Source: a virus
Direction: 5' to 3' (one strand)
IMG/VR virus record: IMGVR_UViG_3300029121_000001
Length of the DNA stretch: 64,000 nt
Below the pieces are notes generated by a model. That model ran no database searches. It had not been told where the DNA came from and saw only the letters and a list, made by a program, of their open reading frames with translations. Each line of letters begins with the position of its first letter. Position 1 is the stretch's first letter. A program made the position numbers and the translations under genes. Shown here in pieces: positions 48,134 through 55,278 of this stretch.

Positions 48134-48700
48134 TTAATTCAACCAAAATTTAGCATTTCCACAGGATCCACCACAATCTGCAGTACAATTACCTCCATCA
48201 CAATTTTCATAGCATGCTCCCATACAATTACCACTCATAAGTTGGCTAGCACATGCTACGTCACACATACCATCACAGCTTCCGCTGCAACCACCACTAC
48301 AGCCACTACAGCCACTATAGCATCCTGTATAGCACAATCCACTGCAGCTAGATTTACATCCTGTATCTGCCCTAGATGATGCTGTAACAGATTTAGAACT
48401 TAAACTAGAAACTGTACTAGTAGCAGTTGTGATTTGATTAGCATAAACAATAGTATCTGTATTAGGAGTTAATTTGCCTCCATTTACAGCATCTAGTGGA
48501 TTAGTAATCTTTTGAATGTGCTCTAGTTTTATATTTTTGCCTTTTGCAGGTGTAATAGTATAATCATATGAAGTTCCATTATAGGATTTCATACTTCCAA
48601 CACTTGCTGAATTTGATCTACGCGTAATCTCCGATTTTACAAGTTTCTTAAGTGCAGTAAAATCACTAGCACTAATTAATCCACCTTTATTAGTAGCCAT
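48134..48700 (-). CDS. protein with C-terminal 16-Cys CXXX-repeat domain
   Basis: Start trimmed to MATNKGG (ATG 48700, SD AAAGGAG inside the fibre gene end). The last 74 aa are CKSSCSGLCYTGCYSGCSGCSGGCSGSCDGMCDVACASQLMSGNCMGACYENCDGGNCTADCGGSCGNAKFWLN. Confidence 0.7.
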   Translation of the reverse strand: MATNKGGLISASDFTALKKLVKSEITRRSNSASVGSMKSYNGTSYDYTITPAKGKNIKLEHIQKITNPLDAVNGGKLTPNTDTIVYANQITTATSTVSSLSSKSVTASSRADTGCKSSCSGLCYTGCYSGCSGCSGGCSGSCDGMCDVACASQLMSGNCMGACYENCDGGNCTADCGGSCGNAKFWLN

Positions 48701-48707
48701 AATTATA

Positions 48708-49649
48708 TTACTCCTTTCCAATAATAATTCTTACTTTATGAATATTATTATTACTATTAGAAGATTCTATTACTCTGCCTACAGATAGATTAGAATATTC
48801 TTTACTAGACTTTCCAACTCCAGGAATATCAGAAGGGATAATATAATCTCCAATATCTACATTACCAATACACTTTACATATACACGTCCACATAATCCT
48901 ATGGGAATATATTTCTTAATATTCTTAGAAATATAATCATCTCCAGTATCTACTGTTTCTCCACCAATAATCATAGCATATTCATCAGAATGAACTCCTG
49001 CAATAATACTACTTTTATTAGTAGCTTTAATATATTTCTCTTCTTTATTATTTTCATCTAATGCAATAATATCTCCAGGTTCTGTATATTCTCCTCTAGG
49101 GAAGAACTCTGCATAGTCATTATATACAGCACCATAACATTTACTAAATTTTGCTACACCATTTTTATCTACATAATAACTAGCACTACCAAAATTAATA
49201 GTACCAGTCATTGTTCCTCCTGCTATAGGAAGATAAGCGTCATTTAGCGAAGTCAGAGTCTGATTCATAGAATAGATCAGAGCAGAGGTAGGAATGTAGT
49301 CATTGGAGTTAACTTGAGTACTAGAAGTAGGTAGTTGAGCAACCTTATGAGAGTGATTAGAAGGTGCTTTGCCATCAATTTGGCCCTTAACAGTAGAGCC
49401 AGTAGAGAAGCCAGTACCAAGAACATTGTACAGATAGCGGACATTTTTTGCCATCTGAGTAATCTTAGTAAAGATACTAGCATGGTTATCGGAAGTAGTA
49501 ATTTGACCTACATTAGTCCAAGATGTTGCACTTGCTTGGGCAACATCGCTAGAAGAGAATCCACCAGTACCTGTAGTAAGAGTACCAGTAGGGGAAGGAG
49601 ATATGTCGTAAGACGTAGATCCTACCTTAATATGATCAACATTAGCCAT
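48708..49649 (-). CDS. tail-fibre-like protein
   Basis: AYLPIAGGTMTGTINF (the common phage fibre motif YLPLAGGTMTG). C-terminal ..VYNDYAEFFP.. resembles the autoproteolytic/chaperone domains of fibre and appendage proteins. Confidence 0.55.
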   Translation of the reverse strand: MANVDHIKVGSTSYDISPSPTGTLTTGTGGFSSSDVAQASATSWTNVGQITTSDNHASIFTKITQMAKNVRYLYNVLGTGFSTGSTVKGQIDGKAPSNHSHKVAQLPTSSTQVNSNDYIPTSALIYSMNQTLTSLNDAYLPIAGGTMTGTINFGSASYYVDKNGVAKFSKCYGAVYNDYAEFFPRGEYTEPGDIIALDENNKEEKYIKATNKSSIIAGVHSDEYAMIIGGETVDTGDDYISKNIKKYIPIGLCGRVYVKCIGNVDIGDYIIPSDIPGVGKSSKEYSNLSVGRVIESSNSNNNIHKVRIIIGKE

Positions 49650-49760
49650 ATTTTTTAGTTTCCTTTCTCTAAATTTACCTGTTTTGGCTTGATTTTGAGT
49701 AACTATTTTAAAAAAGAAATTGCGGGGTGATCATAAAGACCACACCGAATAAGATCTTAA

Positions 49761-49905
49761 ACGTAGCCTTCAATAAAATAAATTCAACGAAACCTTCAAA
49801 TTATCTGACGCTTCTTATAGTCTTCAATTACAATGGATAAATCTGTATATCGAAATCTTCAAAACATTTTAACGAATCGTTCATTCATTTTAACGCAATC
49901 TTCAT
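49761..49905 (+). repeat. array of six or seven degenerate repeats ACG(N0-3)(C/T)(C/G)TTCA(A/T), spaced about 21-26 nt
   Basis: ACGTAGCCTTCAAT (49761), ACGAAACCTTCAAA (49787), ACGCTTCTTAT (49808), TCTTCAAT (49821), CGAAATCTTCAAA (49851), ACGAATCGTTCATT (49872), ACGCAATCTTCATT (49893). Confidence 0.5.
49803..49815 (+). repeat. inverted copy of the AGAAGCGTCAGAT repeat
   Basis: atctgacgcttct is the reverse complement of the core at 50361..50375 and 50664..50678. Confidence 0.8.
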
Positions 49906-49979
49906 TATCATATTGTTACATATTTTTAAATTAAAAATGATATTATATGAAACATATACTAAATAAGATATAAAAATAT

Positions 49980-50009
49980 GAGGGTAGAAATCGTCAAATT
50001 TCTACCCTC
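49980..50009 (-). terminator. intrinsic terminator
   Basis: 12-bp stem GAGGGTAGAAAT/ATTTCTACCCTC, then ATATTTTTAT on the minus strand. Confidence 0.6.
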
Positions 50010-50113
50010 TAAATACCCCATTTTAGGCCATTTTAGAGGCGTTTGGCAGATTTCTCAGACTACTTCGTAATAGCGTCATATTATTTAAAAAATAATAAAA
50101 ATAAAAAGAAAAG

Positions 50114-50137
50114 CCAATAGAGATTTCTCTCTATTGG
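50114..50137 (-). terminator. intrinsic terminator
   Basis: Hairpin CCAATAGAG/CTCTATTGG, then CTTTTCTTTTTATTTTT on the minus strand. Confidence 0.6.
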
Positions 50138-50145
50138 TTTATAAT

Positions 50146-50376
50146 TTAAATATAGACAATGTTTGCATGATAATCTGTATTACCAGATACTGCACTATCA
50201 GAGTAGTGATTTATGTATTTGCAATATAATTTTCCATTTTCTTTACAAACCTAGTAGATTGTACTGCCGTATGTACTTAAATTCAATAATTCATATCCAA
50301 TCATTATATCATTTAATTTATATCCTTTAGTATCAATATAAATATTATTAAGTCTTTTTATAGAAGCGTCAGATTG
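50146..50376 (-). pseudogene. cassette-like gene remnant with an in-frame TAG
   Basis: In the same frame as 50380..50622: QSDASIKRLNNIYIDTKGYKLNDIMIGYELLNLSTYGSTIY*VCKENGKLYCKYINHYSDSAVSGNTDYHANIVYI*. The TAG is at 50251..50253. No SD. Confidence 0.3.
50361..50375 (-). repeat. 15-nt direct repeat TAGAAGCGTCAGATT, copy 2
   Basis: Exact copy of 50664..50678 (303 nt apart). On the minus strand it encodes SDAS right after stop codons. Confidence 0.85.
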
Positions 50377-50379
50377 CTA

Positions 50380-50622
50380 TTATATAGAAATATAATAAAT
50401 ATTTATGGTTCCAACCATAGGTGATCTAATAAATGTAAAATTATTACTATTATTAATTTTACATGAATAAAATAAATAAATAATAAATCTTTCATTTGTA
50501 GATGTATATTGTGAATGTGCTACATTTACTAATATCATCGTAATATTGTCAGTCGTATCTGGAATTGCATTAATTAGATACTCACTAGAATAATCTGTTG
50601 AAGTCATTTTCACTTCAATCAT
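50380..50622 (-). CDS. small hypothetical ORF (cassette 1)
   Basis: ORF track. No convincing SD. The frame stays open upstream to the repeat at 50664..50678 (SDASTKIKQRTQSINNTY-M..). Confidence 0.3.
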   Translation of the reverse strand: MIEVKMTSTDYSSEYLINAIPDTTDNITMILVNVAHSQYTSTNERFIIYLFYSCKINNSNNFTFIRSPMVGTINIYYISI

Positions 50623-50663
50623 ATATGTATTATTTATACTCTGAGTTCGCTGCTTAATTTTAG

Positions 50664-50678
50664 TAGAAGCGTCAGATT
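50664..50678 (-). repeat. 15-nt direct repeat TAGAAGCGTCAGATT, copy 1
   Basis: Exact copy of 50361..50375. Confidence 0.85.
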
Positions 50679-50683
50679 AATAG

Positions 50684-50723
50684 AAAAAAAAATAAAGAGG
50701 AAGTAGTTTTATCTACTTCCTCT
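50684..50723 (-). terminator. intrinsic terminator
   Basis: Hairpin AGAGGAAGTAG/CTACTTCCTCT, then TTTATTTTTTTTT on the minus strand. Confidence 0.7.
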
Positions 50724-50730
50724 TTTACAT

Positions 50731-51576
50731 TTATAGAGCAGATAATGGATTTATTACCATCATGATAGTAATCTTTCTATTTTCATCATCAATAGTAAAA
50801 CTTATATCATCGATATTATCTCCAAATGTTTTAATGCAAACATTTCTCACAAACAATTTAGTTTCGATATATACTTGTTTATTATTTATATTCATTGGTA
50901 TAAGTTCAAGATTACTAAAATATTTTATTTTACTAATATCAGTAATGCTATATCCAGCACATCCACATAGTTTAGCAAAATCTTCATATTGCATTTCGAT
51001 AGTATACCTTGTTTTTATGGCAGTATCTACTTTTGCACCAATCTTTTCATCATTTAAGAATTTGATAATTGGATCATTATCTGCTGGTTTATTATCCGAT
51101 TTTGCATTATCATCAATATGATCTGTATCAATAGTAATATTTTTCTTAGGTCTACCTCTTTTTGCTTTAGGTTGTTTGGGTACAATGATTTTATCATAAT
51201 CATCTATTTCAATATTCTTTAATTTGGGACGAACTTTTTCATTTTCATTATCTCCATAATCATCGTAGTTAAATGATTGATATGCTATAATTGTAACTTC
51301 TCCATTTTTATCATCAATAGAAAAAGAACAATTATAAAGATCATTTGCATCGAAAATACGTTTAGCTATTCTTTTTGTAATATAGATTAGATCCATACCA
51401 TTATGGCCATGGCTATCAATATCACTTGCAGATACTCCTAGCATATCTTGGATATAATAATTTGAAAATTTAAATCCAGATTGAAAGATAATGTTTGCAA
51501 ATGTATCCCAATCCAATATTGCAGTTCTTTTTATTTCGAACTTACATTCTTTTTTATATTTTATATTGTTATACAT
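50731..51576 (-). CDS. hypothetical protein with internal duplication and an AT-hook linker
   Basis: Start trimmed to MYNNIKYKK (ATG 51576, SD AGGAGA). Linker PKAKRGRPKKN (GRP AT-hook core). The two halves both end ..FSIDDKNGEVTIIAY / ..FTIDDENRKITIMMV. Confidence 0.5.
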   Translation of the reverse strand: MYNNIKYKKECKFEIKRTAILDWDTFANIIFQSGFKFSNYYIQDMLGVSASDIDSHGHNGMDLIYITKRIAKRIFDANDLYNCSFSIDDKNGEVTIIAYQSFNYDDYGDNENEKVRPKLKNIEIDDYDKIIVPKQPKAKRGRPKKNITIDTDHIDDNAKSDNKPADNDPIIKFLNDEKIGAKVDTAIKTRYTIEMQYEDFAKLCGCAGYSITDISKIKYFSNLELIPMNINNKQVYIETKLFVRNVCIKTFGDNIDDISFTIDDENRKITIMMVINPLSAL

Positions 51577-51600
51577 ATATAAATCTCCTAAAAATAAATG

Positions 51601-51624
51601 GTGGTGAGCATTTCTACTCACCAC
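51601..51624 (-). terminator. intrinsic terminator (hairpin)
   Basis: GTGGTGAG/CTCACCAC hairpin, then CATTTATTTTT on the minus strand. Confidence 0.55.
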
Positions 51625-51631
51625 CACATAA

Positions 51632-52168
51632 TCAAAACAGAATAACGAAGATTCTATCAATAATATTGATCCGAATTGCGAATCCTTCCGATTCAGGATT
51701 CCATACAGGAATCAATACATGAATCTTCTTGATTTCACCAGAATCTTCATCCTTCATCGCTTTATCATAGGCTTTCTTACAGGCCTTGACAGCATTGTTG
51801 AGAATGATGTCAGGAACTTTATCAAGAGCCTCATTGATAGATCCAATGAAGTTGTAGATGGGCATCAGAACACCTTTGTCTCGACGAACATCAGTCAACA
51901 CAGTTTTAATATTCTGACTCTTCAAAGACTTATCTTTCCTGATAAAAATCTTAGGAAGTCTTCTATCAAATACATTGATATAGTCTTTGTGCCGTTCAGG
52001 AATGTTTTGAACGCCTTCTTGCTGCTGGTGATCTTTATAGTCACCAACATAGATGACATAATCGCCATCATCTACGCTTTCAATTGTATAGTCGATCAGC
52101 ATATTAACGTCACGACCATCGTCATGAGTATCAACATTGATACGGATTGCAGAGATAAATTTTTTCAT
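51632..52168 (-). CDS. hypothetical protein
   Basis: ORF track. SD AAAGGAAG. Confidence 0.5.
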   Translation of the reverse strand: MKKFISAIRINVDTHDDGRDVNMLIDYTIESVDDGDYVIYVGDYKDHQQQEGVQNIPERHKDYINVFDRRLPKIFIRKDKSLKSQNIKTVLTDVRRDKGVLMPIYNFIGSINEALDKVPDIILNNAVKACKKAYDKAMKDEDSGEIKKIHVLIPVWNPESEGFAIRINIIDRIFVILF

Positions 52169-52235
52169 AATAAATACTACTTCCTTTCAATTGATAAGTA
52201 CGTCTTGATCCAATAATAGTCTACTATCGGATTCA

Positions 52236-52249
52236 ATTATATAATATCT
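52236..52249 (-). promoter_or_regulatory. promoter-like motif AGATATTATATAAT
   Basis: Minus strand reads AATAAGATATTATATAATTGAA, upstream of 51632..52168. Confidence 0.35.
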
Positions 52250-52274
52250 TATTGAAAGGAAGTAAATATTGAAA

Positions 52275-53153
52275 TTAATCTACCTTAATACCCATACTCT
52301 CAACTTCATCAATGGCTTTGCAAATATGATAATAATTTCCAAAGCTAATAGATCTCAAAGAGAATCTACCAGAAACACCAGACTTCTTTAATTCGTCTTC
52401 ATATTCAATAATGATATCCTTAATTTCATCCTCATCCATAGTATTGAGAATATCAAGAATAGCATTTGATACTGTAGAATATACATACCTTTCATTCTCG
52501 TCATCAAAGGTATCAAATCTATCAGTCATAATGGAGATGAATAAATTAGTAAGTTGATCATTAAATGTCTTAGAGAAGATATTAATGATCATTTGTTCAT
52601 CCATAATACCAGGATCAACATGTTGCATAGTTCTTACCATGCGTCTGATATTTCTACGTTCATCTGTACTAGAATTTCTATTTACAGAAATCCATAATGC
52701 ATGATTGTCAGGTAAACCAATCTCGACGAGAATATTAACGAGATCATCATTAAACTTATATGCAATCTTACCAAGTAATTTTGCATTCTCTTCATTATAG
52801 ATAACATTATTAGCTGGATTAATTACATAAGCACGATAAACTCTATTAAATCTATTGGTATACTCTCTATTCAAAGTAATACCAGACATATCTAAAGCTG
52901 TTAAGAAATCAATGTCTGTAATTGTTTTTAAAGCTTTAGGCTGTTTATCAACAGCAGAAGATAATAGAATCATAATGTTTTGTGTAACATAATCAATCAT
53001 TTTAGTATATCCTTCATAAGGAATACTAGATTTGATTTCCATGAATCTTTCATAAATTCTATTAGGATTAGAAAATCTCTCAATATTAGTGCTTACATTT
53101 CCATCATCAATAAGAGAGCTCATATTGATAATTACATTATTCAGTTCCATCAT
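52275..53153 (-). CDS. hypothetical protein
   Basis: ORF track. SD AGAGGA. Confidence 0.5.
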   Translation of the reverse strand: MMELNNVIINMSSLIDDGNVSTNIERFSNPNRIYERFMEIKSSIPYEGYTKMIDYVTQNIMILLSSAVDKQPKALKTITDIDFLTALDMSGITLNREYTNRFNRVYRAYVINPANNVIYNEENAKLLGKIAYKFNDDLVNILVEIGLPDNHALWISVNRNSSTDERRNIRRMVRTMQHVDPGIMDEQMIINIFSKTFNDQLTNLFISIMTDRFDTFDDENERYVYSTVSNAILDILNTMDEDEIKDIIIEYEDELKKSGVSGRFSLRSISFGNYYHICKAIDEVESMGIKVD

Positions 53154-53166
53154 AGCGAATTATTTC
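53148..53166 (-). repeat. 19-nt identical translation-initiation region, copy 1
   Basis: Minus strand GAAATAATTCGCTATGATG, identical to 53805..53823. Confidence 0.85.
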
Positions 53167-53810
53167 CTCTTATAAGTCATAAATTTAAAGGTGAAGTCAT
53201 ACTTACCATGGACATTTCTCCAAGCCTCTGTTTCAGCAACTCTCCAATTATCATCTTCATCCAGATTAGGAAATACTGCATCATATTCAGGAGCAATAGC
53301 AGCAACCTTAGTTACATATACAGTATCACAATAAGGAAGAAGAAGTCTATAGATTTGTTCTCCACCACATACAATAGTATTTTCACTGTCTCCAATGATT
53401 TCTACTGTATCTAGTAGACCACGAAGATTTTCTACCCAGAAAATCATGGTTCTATTGTTAGGAGTTTTAACTTCAGGATTACTTCTAACAGCAAAAGAAG
53501 ATCTATACTCTGCTTCATCTATATCAGGATTACGAATTCCACCTTCAGGAGCTAAGAAAAATCCCGCATACTTAGCGCCAAATAAAGATTTATGGTCAAG
53601 TTTATCCCAATGCTTAGTCATGACAATATTTTTTCTTCCAGGAAGAGGTTTCTTTCCAGGAAACGATTCTAATGTCTTACGACCACATACAATAGTTTTA
53701 CCCATTGTAATATCCTTGAATCGAGCCATATCCTCTTTGATATTAAAAAGAAGGCTATTATTATTTCCAATTGCCCAATTTTTATCTACGCACACAATAG
53801 CTTTCATCAT
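53160..53810 (-). CDS. folA: dihydrofolate reductase
   Basis: MMKAIVCVDKNWAIGNNNSLLFNIKEDMARFKDITMGKTIVCGRKTLESFPGKKPLPGRKNIVMT matches the DHFR N-terminal signature (..VIMGRKTWESI..PLPGRxNIVLS). Confidence 0.85.
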   Translation of the reverse strand: MMKAIVCVDKNWAIGNNNSLLFNIKEDMARFKDITMGKTIVCGRKTLESFPGKKPLPGRKNIVMTKHWDKLDHKSLFGAKYAGFFLAPEGGIRNPDIDEAEYRSSFAVRSNPEVKTPNNRTMIFWVENLRGLLDTVEIIGDSENTIVCGGEQIYRLLLPYCDTVYVTKVAAIAPEYDAVFPNLDEDDNWRVAETEAWRNVHGKYDFTFKFMTYKRK

Positions 53811-53823
53811 AGCGAATTATTTC
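53805..53823 (-). repeat. 19-nt identical translation-initiation region, copy 2
   Basis: Identical to 53148..53166. Contains the DHFR ATGATG start. Confidence 0.85.
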
Positions 53824-54080
53824 TCCTTATTAAATTCAGTAAAGCGAGTTACTCCAGGTTTTACTTCATCGAACCACATACTTTCAGGTCTTACCCAAAT
53901 AGTATCACCAGGCTTGGTAAAGAATAAATTAGGATCTGTGTTTTCTTTTCTTGCATTATATACATGAATATATGCAATCATATTTTCACTAGTTTCAGTA
54001 TGCTTACATTTAGCAAGTACTTTTACATAGTTACCTTTATGATGTACATAGATTTCTCCTACATGAATCTCAGTATTCAT
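53817..54080 (-). CDS. DUF1653-like small protein
   Basis: GEIYVHHKGNYVKVLAKCKHTETSENMIAYI.....IWVRPESMWFDEV..GVTRF fits the pattern Y.HYKG..Y.V...a.hTE....V.Y....g..W.RP..mF. Start trimmed to ATG 54080. Confidence 0.45.
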   Translation of the reverse strand: MNTEIHVGEIYVHHKGNYVKVLAKCKHTETSENMIAYIHVYNARKENTDPNLFFTKPGDTIWVRPESMWFDEVKPGVTRFTEFNKEK

Positions 54081-54084
54081 TTTA

Positions 54085-54318
54085 TCATGTCCTATCTGCT
54101 CTATGAGCAATTTTTCTCCATTGTGAAATAGGCATTAATCTCACATTATCTGTAGTATCACTAGATTTACAATCTTCTTCAATATAATTAAAAGGACAAT
54201 ATGCAACAAGATATTCACCAGTGTCATTACGCTGAGCAATATACAATACTCGCACAACATCATTACCTACTCGGTAATCTTCACCAACCTTGGCTCCACG
54301 GACAGCTAGTTTTTCCAT
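54085..54318 (-). CDS. small hypothetical protein (possibly a second DUF1653-like)
   Basis: ORF track. SD AAGGAG. Confidence 0.45.
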   Translation of the reverse strand: MEKLAVRGAKVGEDYRVGNDVVRVLYIAQRNDTGEYLVAYCPFNYIEEDCKSSDTTDNVRLMPISQWRKIAHRADRT

Positions 54319-54345
54319 TTTGATGTATTCTCCTTTTAATTTATA

Positions 54346-55278
54346 TTAAATTGCTACAGGGAATTTTACATTAGGACCAGCATTATAATTTTCAATGTGA
54401 ATATTATCTACTGTAAAATCATAAAAACTATCTACTTTATCAATCCATACTGTAGGAGCATCAAGAATAGGTCTCTCAATAAGTTTCTGTACTACAGGAA
54501 CATGACGATCATAGATATGGCAATCAGAAATTACGTGAACCAATTCACCAGGATACATATCACATACCTTAGCAAACATCATCACTAGAGCCGCATACTG
54601 AACCACGTTCCAGTTACTAGCAGTAAGCATATCCTGAGAACGCTGATTTAGAATAGCGTTCAACGTCATACGACCATCTTCCTTATCTCTAGTAACATTA
54701 AAAGTCATAGAGTAAGCACAAGGATAAAGATTCATTTCATGAAGGTCATTGAAATTATAAATATTGGTCATGATACGGCGAGAGAAAGGATTATGCTTCA
54801 GATCCCATAGAACTCCATCGACCTGATCAAGAGCAACATAGTATTTACCGTTCTTCATAATAACAGAAGAACTAGGATAAGCAGCTAACTCTTCATACAA
54901 TTCATGGGTAGGATAATCAGGGATAGTATGATGAAGATACTTTTTACCAAGCTGGTATCCATAAGCTTTGCCAATAGTACTATTTTCATCAGCCCAAGAA
55001 TCCCAAATATGAGAATTAAGATCTTTCACATTGTTACTCTTCTTCTGCCAAATCCAAAGGAGTTCATCAATAGCAGCTTTAATATTAATCTTGCGTAGAG
55101 TAAGTGCAGGAAACTCTTTCTGAAGATTATATCGATTAACTACACCAAATTTCTTAATGGTATATGCAGGCTCATTAGTATCGGCCCATTTTGCACGAAC
55201 CTCTTCACCTGTAGTATCAATACCATTTTCAATAATATCGGTACAAGTTTTAATAAAAATATTATCCGCCTGAGACAT
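54346..55278 (-). CDS. thyA: thymidylate synthase family enzyme (ThyA-like, divergent)
   Basis: SRRIMTNIYN..LYPCAYSMTFNV (cf. RRxIxSAWN..PCHAFFQF), NQRSQDMLTASNWNVVQYAAL (cf. QRSxDxxLGxPFNIASY), SDCHIYDRH (cf. GDxHxYxNH). Start trimmed to ATG 55278 (SD AGGAGG). Confidence 0.75.
   Translation of the reverse strand: MSQADNIFIKTCTDIIENGIDTTGEEVRAKWADTNEPAYTIKKFGVVNRYNLQKEFPALTLRKINIKAAIDELLWIWQKKSNNVKDLNSHIWDSWADENSTIGKAYGYQLGKKYLHHTIPDYPTHELYEELAAYPSSSVIMKNGKYYVALDQVDGVLWDLKHNPFSRRIMTNIYNFNDLHEMNLYPCAYSMTFNVTRDKEDGRMTLNAILNQRSQDMLTASNWNVVQYAALVMMFAKVCDMYPGELVHVISDCHIYDRHVPVVQKLIERPILDAPTVWIDKVDSFYDFTVDNIHIENYNAGPNVKFPVAI

Noticed and set aside
50251-50253. In-frame TAG as evidence for stop-codon reassignment (as in some gut megaphages and crAss-like phages)
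   Set aside because: It is a single case in a cassette with no SD that looks decayed. All roughly 70 well-supported genes are intact under the standard code and many end in TAG, TAA or TGA.
49803-50678. A bona fide shufflon or Gin/Cin-type invertible tail-fibre switch
   Set aside because: No constant gene portion reads into any of the three repeats, because terminators or non-coding DNA lie upstream. No recombinase gene is present in the window. I keep it only as a hypothesis in the findings.
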